Assembly: GCA_963797555.1 (NCBI GenBank)
Contig: CAWCPV010000002.1
Coordinates: 128,001-192,000, forward strand
Direction: 5' to 3'
From: an uncultured Gammaproteobacteria bacterium
GTDB lineage: Bacteria; Pseudomonadota; Gammaproteobacteria; CAWCPV01
Length of the DNA: 64,000 bases
Part shown: in pieces, positions 52,767-61,676 of the stretch
How the letters are laid out: each line of letters opens with the position of its first letter
Numbering within the stretch: position 1 is the stretch's first letter
Translations under genes and position numbers: made by a program
The notes under the pieces: model-generated
Told to the model about the DNA's origin: nothing
Seen by the model: only the letters and a program-made list of their open reading frames with translations
Database searches by the model: none

Positions 52767-54298
52767 TGCCGATGACGCGGGCAAATGTTGCGAGGAGACA
52801 GGGCGATGATTTCCAGGCAAGACTCTTTTGGCTGAAGGCGGTTGAGCTGCTGAAGCCCAAGAGTCCGGTGATCAGGGTCGCTTATGATGCCGGTCCCAAG
52901 AGCTTCGATGACATTATGGTTGAGTATGATCCGAACGCTGCGCCACCGGACCACGAGGGGAGCCCGATCTATCTCAGGCACATTCAGTGTAAGTGGCACA
53001 CGACGGCGGGCACCCTCGGGTACAAAGATCTGACCGACCCGGACTTCATCAACGCCCAGCGCTTCTCACTGCTTCAAAAGGCACATCAGGCCCAGGCCCG
53101 GCATGCGCCGGATGGGCTTGGCTGCCGATTCGAGCTTCTGACGAACTGGCGGATAAAGGCGGACGACCCTCTCTTGGAACTGGTCAGGAAGGAAAGCGAT
53201 GCGCTCGACCTTAGCAGGCTGTTTGACGGCACCACCGATCGAAGCCGGATGGGACAGGTCCGCAAGCTATGGTGCCAGCATCTTGGACTAGATTACGCCG
53301 GTTTGAATCTGGTTGCGCGCACTCTGGCGGTGGCAGAAGCGCCGGAATCGCTTGCCAGCCTACGTGAGCGGTTGGACGACAAATTTGCCGTGGTTGGTAT
53401 GAAGCGCGTCCCGGCTTGTGAGTCCGCCTTCTTGTATGATGACCTGATCGCCAAGCTTCTCGCTCAGGGGCGGGTGGAATTTGACCGAGACGGCTTCGCC
53501 GACATGGCTCGCAGGGAAGGAATTCTTGACAAGCAGGCCCGGCCTGAGCACGTCCTAGTGATCGGCGTCCGTTCCTTCATGCATCCAATCGATCCCTTGG
53601 AGGACCGCTGTGAGCGCATGCTCAACCTCGTGCCCTATTTTGATGGCCGCTATATCCGCAACGACACAGACTGGCAGGAGCGCATACTTCCCGAGCTACG
53701 AAACTTCGTACTCGATTCGGCCCGGTCAACGGACAGCCTGCGACTCATCCTGGACGCCCACGTTTCCCTTGCGTTTGCCGTCGGTGCCATCCTAAACGTC
53801 AAATCCGGCAAGCACATAGAGATTGAGCAGCGGATCGGCGGCCGCCGCTATTGGTCGATGGATGACCAGGCAGCTGATCCGGGCTGGCCCATGTTTGAAT
53901 TCGATGAGGAGGTTCTTGATGCCCATGCCGACGGGGTCGCGCTCGCTATCGGTCTGACACATGATGTATCTGGCGGAGGCCGCAGCTTTCTCAAAGCAGA
54001 GGCTCCCGGAATAGGGAGGCTCCTACATTGGCGGCCTCAAGGCGGCGCTTCCCAACAATCGGTAGCTTGCGGCCGTCACGCCTGGATGCTCGCCGAAGCG
54101 GCCGTGCAGCGGATTCGGCGTCTGCGCGAGTCCCGACCGGGAGCAGACCGGCTGCAAGTGTTCATCGCCGGCCCGAACGCCTTTACGTTCTTCCTCGGCC
54201 AGCACCAGCAGGCTCTCGGTTCGGTGGCAGTGTACGAATGGGACTTCGACGGCCAGCGAGGAGGGGGGTACAGCCTCGGGCTGTTACTCGGCCCCTAA
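52766..54298 (+). CDS. CBASS effector: Cap4-like endonuclease plus SAVED domain
   Basis: N-terminal G..FQ...FDD...IQCK nuclease motif; C-terminal SAVED features (AHVSLAFAVG, LTHDV, FIAGP.AF.F.LG). Confidence 0.82.
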   Translation: MPMTRANVARRQGDDFQARLFWLKAVELLKPKSPVIRVAYDAGPKSFDDIMVEYDPNAAPPDHEGSPIYLRHIQCKWHTTAGTLGYKDLTDPDFINAQRFSLLQKAHQAQARHAPDGLGCRFELLTNWRIKADDPLLELVRKESDALDLSRLFDGTTDRSRMGQVRKLWCQHLGLDYAGLNLVARTLAVAEAPESLASLRERLDDKFAVVGMKRVPACESAFLYDDLIAKLLAQGRVEFDRDGFADMARREGILDKQARPEHVLVIGVRSFMHPIDPLEDRCERMLNLVPYFDGRYIRNDTDWQERILPELRNFVLDSARSTDSLRLILDAHVSLAFAVGAILNVKSGKHIEIEQRIGGRRYWSMDDQAADPGWPMFEFDEEVLDAHADGVALAIGLTHDVSGGGRSFLKAEAPGIGRLLHWRPQGGASQQSVACGRHAWMLAEAAVQRIRRLRESRPGADRLQVFIAGPNAFTFFLGQHQQALGSVAVYEWDFDGQRGGGYSLGLLLGP

Positions 54299-54301
54299 TA
54301 T

Positions 54302-54497
54302 TTACTCAGAACCCCGGGTTCTTGCGGTGATCATCATATACACCTTTTCTGCACGTATAGTTGCACCCATGTGCTCAAAGTAGTGTGCGGCTCGCTTCAT
54401 CCACCGCAACGCGTTCGCCACATGCCCTTCGCAGGCACGCATCTCGCCAATACGCCAGAATACCTCAGCACAATCGTAAGGACTCTCGATAGTCTGG
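54302..54497 (-). pseudogene. Detached 3' end (65 codons) of the STAND-TPR gene
   Basis: YQTIESPYDCAEVFWRIG... rejoins the 56009-58636 ORF in frame once the ISL3 and one TSD copy are removed. Confidence 0.85.
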
Positions 54498-54505
54498 TAA
54501 ATTGC

Positions 54506-56009
54506 GGCTCTTTCCGGAATCGTGTGGGTAGCAATGGCTATGGCGTGGGGGCATCTGCCTGATCTCCGACACCAGCGGGTGTGTTGAACGGCGAGGCGGG
54601 CAGGTGGGCCAGGTTGCCGGCGATGAGGTAGGCGATGGTGATGAGCGAGTGCGTGGTGCGGTAGCCCCGGGCGCGAGCCTTGGCGGCCTGGATGAGGGAG
54701 TTGATGCCCTCGGCGCGGCCGTTGGTGAGGCCCGAGTGGAACGCAGCGAGCACGCCGTCCCAATGCTCCTTGAGGGTGGTGGCGAGGCGCTTCATGGGCT
54801 GCAGGCGGCTACGCCGTGCCCAGCTATACCAGCGCCCGAGGGCGCTCTCGGCCTGCTCGAGGGTGCTGGCCGTGGCGTAGATATCGCGCAGCGCCTCCTT
54901 GAGGCGCCAGGCGCGGGCGGTCTTGAGGCGGGCGCGGGAGAGCCAGTGGAAGTCGGTGAGTTGGTCCCAGCCAGGTCCAGCGGGTGCCCCTGAGGGCGGG
55001 CTCGGTCTTGATCTCCTGGCGGCGCACCGCGTCGACCGCCTCGTTGGCGAGCTTGATCACATGGAAGGCATCGAAGCTCACCGTGGCCTGGGGCAGATGC
55101 TTGGCCACCCCGGCGCGGTAGGCGGCGGACATGTCGATGCACACCTGCTCGATGGCCTGCGGGTCGCCGCCGTGCGCCTTGAGGTCGGCGGCGAAGGCCG
55201 CCACGGTGCTCTGGTCGCGGCCCTCGCAGGCGAACAGCAGGCGTTTTCCCGTGAGGTCATGGAACAGGCTGATGTAGTGCTGTTCACGCCGGGCAGCGGT
55301 CTCGTCCAGGCCCACAGCGCTCACCTGCGAGTGGTCCTCCTGAGCACGGGCCCTGCCTACGTAGCGATCGAGCACCCCCCACAGGCGCTCATCGCCCACA
55401 CCCAGGTGCCGAGCCACGGTCGCCACCGGCATGGCCTGGCACAGCGTGACCACCAGCGCCTCCATCAGCGCCGTGAAGCCACTGTGGGCGCGCGCCCACG
55501 GCGCTTCGACCTGGGTCGTCTTGCCGCAGGCCTCGCAGCGCACCCGCGGCAGATGCGCGTGCAGGTACGCCCGTGACTTAAAGAAGCTCAGGTGCTGCCA
55601 ACTGCGCTCCCAGGTGTCGTGCACCGGCTGGCCTTGCACTCCGCAGGCCGGGCAGGCAAAGCGGCTGCCCTTGGCAAACGCCACCTCGAGGTCGATGCGC
55701 CCAGCCTCGGGGTCGAACCGCACGTCGGTGACCTCCCAAGGCGCTGTCAGGCCCAGTGCCGTGGTAAACAGATGCGTGGGCCGCACGGTGCTCCCCCCTT
55801 GGATGACGGCCTGTGGATTTGTGGACGAGTCCTGCGGAGCGGCCCGCGTCCCAAGGACCGTGTGGACAACCTCCCGGTTGCCCACACTCGCGGGCCTCTC
55901 GCCCACAACCCCACAAGCCCACAAGCCCAACCACAAGATGTTGTGATAAGCGACCAGTCAGGGCAAATGCTACTTCACCACCGCGACCCACACAATTTCC
56001 GAAAGAGCC
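54506..56009 (-). mobile_element. ISL3-family IS (1504 bp), transposase frameshifted
   Basis: IRs GGCTCTTTC(CGGAATC/GGAAATT)GTGTGGGT; 8-bp TSD TAAATTGC at 54498-54505 and 56010-56017; CPAC, GLDE, CIDMS, DAFHVIK, TNG.AEGINS motifs split across frames. Confidence 0.92.
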
Positions 56010-58636
56010 TAAATTGCCCGCGCATCACGATATAGTTTGCGTGCCTCAGGGCAATTGCCTAACATCCGTCGGAGATCGCCCAATCCTCGAGTACAGTGAC
56101 CCTCTCCCATCCTGTCCCCAATATCGCGGCAATCCCTCAAAGCTCTACGGTATAGGGCTTCCGCGTCCGGAAATTGCTTGTGATGAAGATGCACCTCTGC
56201 GAGCCCCCAGATAGAGTGGGCTTCTCCCAACCTATCCCCGATTTCGGAGCAGATTCTCTGAGCTGATTCATAGTGCGCCTGTGCTTTATTAAGTTCCCCA
56301 TTATCAAGATGTACGTGGCCAAGACCCCTTATACAGGTTGCTTCTCCTAAACTATCTTGGTTCTCTACACACAATCTAAGGGCTTCCTGATATCGGTCTT
56401 TCGCGCCCTGGAGATCGCCTAGGTCGAGATAGACGTGGCCTAATCCCCAAATGCCGTGCGCCTCTCCTTCATCGTCATGAATTTTCCGACAAATGGTCAA
56501 AGCATCGTTATATTTCTCCTGTGCTTTATCGTATTGAGCCAGCATGCGGTAAACGTGCCCCAACCCCCTCAGACAGGTAGCCTGGCCAAGCTTGTCAGAA
56601 ATATCCGTGTAGATGATCAAAGCTTGACCATAAAACGCCCTGGATTCCCGGTACTTATCCAGCATCCGACGGGTGTTGGCCAGACCCCGGATGCAATTCG
56701 CTTGGCCCCGCTTATCATCAGCGTCGATGTAAATGTTGAGCGCTTTCTCATAGTTCGATTGCGCTTCTGGGTATTCGTCGAGTCTCCGATGCACATCAGC
56801 AAGACCGCACACGCAGGTTGCCTCATCCCGGACATCCGTCACGCCGTGGGCCGCGCCCGCGCCCTCCTGAAACCGTTGCTTAGCTTCGGAGCCCGACAGC
56901 GCGAAGGAGTAGAAAGGTACCAGAGAGGCGGTAAGGCGTGCGAAGCGGGATGCCTCGCCGCGTTCTTTTATCCGATCCATCGCTGCGTGGATATTCAGCA
57001 GTTCGACAGAGAAAAGCCGAATCGCCTCCCGTCGCGGCTGAGCCTCCTGAGCCGCAACCACCAGATCTTCGTAATGCGAGGCGTGGCGATCCTTGGCCTC
57101 GGCACGGTCGTTGGGGGTGCACCGACCGTCCCCATAGTCCCGTAACAAGTCGTGGAGGTGGTATCGGTTACTCGCCGAGTTCCACTCGACCAGACTGCGC
57201 GTCTGTAGGTCACTGAGCCGGTCCGCAGCGGAAAAGCGATCCATAGCCCAGACTGCAGCGGCGCTCGCCCGGTCAAAAGTATCCGGAAACACGGACAGGC
57301 TCCGCCAGATAAGCTGCAAGTCTGGGGTGAGCAGATCGTAGCTCAGGCTGAAGGATGCATTGACGAGTTCAACACGCTGGCTGCGTTCCGTGAGCCTTTG
57401 GTAATACTCTCCTGCGCTCAAATCGATGCGCACAGAGACGGCGCTTGCTGCAACGCGCAACGCCAGCGGCAGATAGCCGCAGAGCCGCGCTATAACTTCG
57501 AATGCCTTCTCTTCACGGCCACCGAGCACAGGAATCACAGTGTCCAGTCTAGGCGCAATACCAAGCAGCAGCCTATGGGCTTCCTTTGAGGGCAGCGGGT
57601 CGATATGCTTAGGATACAGCCCAGGAAGAGTGAAAGACTCGCGCGAAGTTGCGAGCAGGAGGCAACCCTTGGGTGGAATGAGGGCCTCAAGCTGTTCCGG
57701 TCCCGCAGCGTTATCGATGAGAATCAAGACCCGCTTGTCACGCAGCACGGACAGATACAGTCCTCTAAGCACCCCCTCGCTTTCGAGCACGCTAACTGTG
57801 GGGTGAAACGATCGGACCACGTGGGCTAGTGCGTCATGTGACGTTAGTGGCCTCCGGTCTGCGCCCTTGAGGTCTAAATAAATTTGGGCATCTGGATAGC
57901 CCGAACCGAGATCCTCCGCAAACTTCAGCACCAGCGCCGTCTTACCCACCCCAGCCATGCCCCATACCAGTAAGATGGTGAGATGGGGTTGTTCGACGAC
58001 CGACAGGAGTTCTTCGAGTTGCACAGTGCGTCCGGTGAAGTCGACCGGTGGCCGTGGGAGCTGGTGCAAGCTGCTCAGGCTGGGGGTGGCAATGTCCTGC
58101 AGCTTGGAGCGCAGCACGTCGACCGCCAGCCGGTCGGCGTTGGCGAAGCGGATCTCCGGGTAGCGCTCGACCTCTGCCAGGCGCGTCAGGTGAGCCTGCT
58201 GGACGGCGCGCTGTGCCTCGTCCAGCCGGTAGAGTTCGTCCCGCGGGGCGCCGTCTTGCGGCACGGCGATGATCAGCACCTTGGCGTGATACAGCGCCAG
58301 CCACGCCTCCCACTGGGTGTAGGAGAGGGGGGGTGCGTCGGGCGCCAGGAAGGGAGCCAGCACCGGCAGTTGCTTGGCGAGATTCGGATAGCGTTTCCGG
58401 AGCACCGCCACCGAGGGCGGCTGGGCCAACGCCCCGGTCATGTCGCCCACCAGGTGGATCACCGCATCACAGCGGCGGATGTATTCGTCGAGCTTGTCCA
58501 GCGTCTCGGTGCCGGTGGCGATGAAGTCCTCCTGCACCTTGACCGTGACGTTGGGGCGGTCTAGGTCACGGCGCAGGGCGTCGCGGTAGCTCGCGAACTC
58601 CGCACTCACGGTGGACAGGAAGATCTGAACTGGCAC
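56009..58636 (-). CDS. DUF4062-like N-terminus, NB-ARC STAND ATPase, TPR repeats; C-terminally clipped
   Basis: IFLSTVS.EF.SYR N-terminus; FTGR, GMAGVGKT, LILIDN, CGYLPLAL, HDLLR; repeated D..G.A....GLG.V TPRs. Confidence 0.85.
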   Translation of the reverse strand: MPVQIFLSTVSAEFASYRDALRRDLDRPNVTVKVQEDFIATGTETLDKLDEYIRRCDAVIHLVGDMTGALAQPPSVAVLRKRYPNLAKQLPVLAPFLAPDAPPLSYTQWEAWLALYHAKVLIIAVPQDGAPRDELYRLDEAQRAVQQAHLTRLAEVERYPEIRFANADRLAVDVLRSKLQDIATPSLSSLHQLPRPPVDFTGRTVQLEELLSVVEQPHLTILLVWGMAGVGKTALVLKFAEDLGSGYPDAQIYLDLKGADRRPLTSHDALAHVVRSFHPTVSVLESEGVLRGLYLSVLRDKRVLILIDNAAGPEQLEALIPPKGCLLLATSRESFTLPGLYPKHIDPLPSKEAHRLLLGIAPRLDTVIPVLGGREEKAFEVIARLCGYLPLALRVAASAVSVRIDLSAGEYYQRLTERSQRVELVNASFSLSYDLLTPDLQLIWRSLSVFPDTFDRASAAAVWAMDRFSAADRLSDLQTRSLVEWNSASNRYHLHDLLRDYGDGRCTPNDRAEAKDRHASHYEDLVVAAQEAQPRREAIRLFSVELLNIHAAMDRIKERGEASRFARLTASLVPFYSFALSGSEAKQRFQEGAGAAHGVTDVRDEATCVCGLADVHRRLDEYPEAQSNYEKALNIYIDADDKRGQANCIRGLANTRRMLDKYRESRAFYGQALIIYTDISDKLGQATCLRGLGHVYRMLAQYDKAQEKYNDALTICRKIHDDEGEAHGIWGLGHVYLDLGDLQGAKDRYQEALRLCVENQDSLGEATCIRGLGHVHLDNGELNKAQAHYESAQRICSEIGDRLGEAHSIWGLAEVHLHHKQFPDAEALYRRALRDCRDIGDRMGEGHCTRGLGDLRRMLGNCPEARKLYRDARAI

Positions 58637-58819
58637 AGCCTGCTCCCTTACCTCTTTTGTCGTTCTGCAGCCCCTCACGTCGCCCCAAGACGCACTCGCA
58701 GCACCGCGGGCCGGCCCCACCATCCCGTACTCATCGCCCGTCGAGGACAACAGCATGTCGCAGTTGGCGCGTGGGCTCAATAGGCGCTGTGGCCTCTCTG
58801 TCGCGGGCTGTCGCCGATG

Positions 58820-58905
58820 AGCCGCTGATCTATCGGCTGCCCAAACCCGAGCGCGATGGCTGCACGGGGCTGTCTCTCACCCCGCTGGAACTGGCCGCAC
58901 CGTGA
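58820..58905 (+). pseudogene. Short IS91/Y2-type transposase fragment
   Basis: LIYRLPKPERDG...L.LTPLEL resembles IS91-like transposase C-termini. Confidence 0.5.
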
Positions 58906-59423
58906 AGATATCGCGGATGTGTCTGATATCAGTTCCGTTGCCGCCGCGCAAATCCGTGGCTCGAATGGCTGTTGTGGGTCGAACGCGGCCCCGAGACACG
59001 CGCTCGCCGACACGGGTTCGGAGGTGGTCATTGCGAACCTGAAGGTCATCAGGATTTCCCGCTTTTCAGGGGGTGGCGTGCCAGCGCAAAGGCCCAACAG
59101 GCGTGGGGTATCGCGATGATGCCCCCTACACCCCGGACGGGGATCAGGCGGCCACCCGTCCGGCCTGTCGCCGGTGGTGTAACGGGTCCGGCTCGGGTGA
59201 CATGCGGGCCGTCCACCACTTCGATGCTGCCGTCCGGCTGCGCGCCACGCGGCTTGACGCCCGAAACTTCCGACCACATGGATTCCCAGGTGGTCGGGGA
59301 CGACCAAAAGGCATCCGACATTTTTCCGACATCGGTGCTGCACGGTTGTGCGCAGTCGTGCATTTTGGGCAACGGACGCCGTCTTATGGCGTTGTTAAAA
59401 CAATGACTTGCGTTTCCCGGCGA

Positions 59424-59470
59424 GGCTACGAACCAGGGGGTCGGGAGTTCGAATCTCTCCGGGCGCGCCA
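59424..59470 (+). repeat. att site: 47-bp duplication of the tRNA-Arg 3' part
   Basis: Exact match to 42363-42409; lacks the tRNA 5' part. Confidence 0.93.
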
Positions 59471-59484
59471 TACAAATCAGCCGC

Positions 59485-59850
59485 TTAGGCCGCTTCCGCC
59501 GGTCTTGAGCAAGACGAGTGCGGGACTTTTGCGGTACGCCCCCCGCAAACCAGCTCAGCGGCCTCCCTCAGGTTGGACAGTTCGGCGCTGGAGTAGTGGG
59601 TGGTGATGCCCCCCAATCTGTGCCCGCTCAAATCCTGCCGGTCTTCGATGCCACCCCCGCTGCGCGAACTCGACGCACTAAAGGTGTGCTTGAGGTCGTG
59701 AACGCGGACGTGGGGCAATTCTGCCCTAGCCCGCGCCCGCTTCCAGGCGGTGTTGTTCATCTTCCCACCGGCCGGCCTTGTTGATACGTGAAGACATGCT
59801 CGGCATGCTTTCCCCTCACATCTTCCACGACCGACCGCGCCCCGAAATGC
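59485..59850 (-). pseudogene. Tyrosine integrase C-terminal remnant
   Basis: VFTY, MNNTAWKRAR, VRVHDLKHTF, GH...ITTHYS motifs across frameshifts. Confidence 0.8.
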
Positions 59851-59938
59851 ACTCGCCTGACGCAACAAGTGACCATGCCGCGCGTAGTCTTGGAAAAACC
59901 GCAGTCCCTTATGTGTCGGAAATAAGGATCGGGCAGCG

Positions 59939-61279
59939 TGATGTGGCTCCGATTCTCTGAACAGAGGAATCGATTTTGTAGATGGTGAACCGCGGGTGCA
60001 GAGTTATCCACGGGGCCGCCGCCCGCCCTTCTCAGGCGGGAGGCGAGCGGCCCGGTGGGTAACTCGCGTTCAGGCTGCGAGCTTTTCGTCTTGCTGCCCA
60101 TAATACACGGCGTCCGGTGTCTGGTCTCCTAGCCCTTGATGCCGGCGTCGTTGATTGTAGAAAGTGAAGTACCGGCCGAGTTGGCGCTTGGCGTCCAGGA
60201 TCGACTCGTACGCCTTCAGATACACTTCTTCGTACTTCACGCTGCGCCACAGCCTCTCGACAAAAACGTTATCTATCCAGCGCCCGCGTCCGTCCATACT
60301 GATGCGGATGTCATGAGCCAGGAGCGCGCTCGTGAAATCCTTGTCGGTGAACTGGCTGCCCTGGTCGGTATTGAAGATCTCGGGGCGTCCGTGGAGCATG
60401 AGCGCCTCTTCCAGCGCCTCCATACAGAAGGAGGTGTCCATGCAGTTGGAAAGCCGCCAGGCCAGCACCCGGCGCGAGCACCAATCGATGATCGCCACCA
60501 GATAGGCAAAGCCCTTGGCCAGGGGAATGTACGTGATGTCCGTAGCCCAGACCTGGTTGGGTCGGGTGACCACTACATCACGCTAGCCAAGTAGGGCCAT
60601 ACCTTGTGGCCGGGGTGCGCATCCGAGAGCCGCGGCTTGCGGTACAACGCCTCGATTCCCATCTTGTCCCTCAATGTCTGGACGTGGCGCCGGCCGACCT
60701 CGAAGCCCTCGTCGCGCAACGCCCCGCGCATGCGCCGGCTGCCATAGAACGGGTGCTTTAGGTGCAGCTCGTCGATTGCCCGCATCAGCGCCAGATCCCG
60801 CGCCGACACCGCCACCGCCCGGTAGTACTGGGATGAGCGCGAGAGCCCCAGGAGCTGGCACTGCCGCGTCAGCGGCAATTCGGCCACCTTGTCGATCATC
60901 GCTTTGTCGCATCGCCGATGCGACCGAGCGCGACGGACAAAAAATCGTTCTCCAGCGTCAGCTGCCCGATCTTCGCCTGCATGTCCTTCACCGACGGCCC
61001 CGATTCGGACTTGCGTTCCCGCTCGAACACCTCGTCAGCGCGGCTCTGCAACTGCTGCTTCCACGCCAGGATCTGACTCTGATGAACCTGAAACTGCGCC
61101 GATAACTCCGCCAAGGTCTTGTCGCCCTTGATCGCCGCCAGTGCCACCCTTGCCTTGAATCCCGCTCCATGATTGCGCCTCTTGCCACTCATTTGCCGCT
61201 CCTCTCAATAGCATCGCCATGATAAAGCGGTTCATCCCCTACCACTTATCCCGCCGTACAGATTTCCGGAGCCAGCTCT
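59939..61279 (-). mobile_element. IS3-family element, orfB frameshifted
   Basis: orfA 60896-61192 (RRNH...FKARVAL); orfB split at about 60580 (YGSRRM / NQVWATDITY, NTDQGSQFT, DNVFVERLWRSVKYE); imperfect IRs TGGCTCCG-N4-TCTG.AC; ends approximate. Confidence 0.82.
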
Positions 61280-61329
61280 GCGGGAACCTGACTTCGCTGG
61301 GCTCGTGACGCATTTCGGCCATCCTGACC

Positions 61330-61600
61330 TCGACCCGCTGCTTTCCGGCAAGGGCGGGTTTAGCGGGTGCATCAAGCGGTTCACGAGGAGCCCATGGGCA
61401 CATGTGGGCATGGTGCTTCGGCTCGGGGTGGAACATGGTCCTGCGCTGGGAGGCCCCGATGCTCAACAAGGTCGCTGATGTGCAGCGTAGAATTGAGGTC
61501 CGCGGGGTCCAGACTGGCGGGGCTCCGTGGGCGATGAAATATAGCGGCGACGAGATCGCGATTCGCCGCCTCTGCGTTGAGATGCGCGCAGCGCAGCAGA
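61330..61600 (+). pseudogene. Permuted papain-like (YiiX/YaeF-type) fragment
   Basis: LSGKGGFSGCIKRFTRSPWAHVGMVLR...GVQ...IAIRRL across frameshifts. Confidence 0.5.
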
Positions 61601-61676
61601 GATCCTCTCGGGCCGTTTCGCAGCCCATCCGGCCATCGCCAACTTGCCCCGTTCACACAACGGAGGGAGGACATCC

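Larger units (their letters stand above)
42363..59470. mobile_element. Genomic island integrated in tRNA-Arg(ACG)
   Basis: Identical 47-bp GGCTACGAACC...GGGCGCGCCA at 42363-42409 and 59424-59470; cargo is TA, relaxase, IS and defence genes. Confidence 0.9.

Noticed and set aside
59424-59470. Second tRNA-Arg gene
   Set aside because: Only the 3' 47 nt are present; it is an att duplication.
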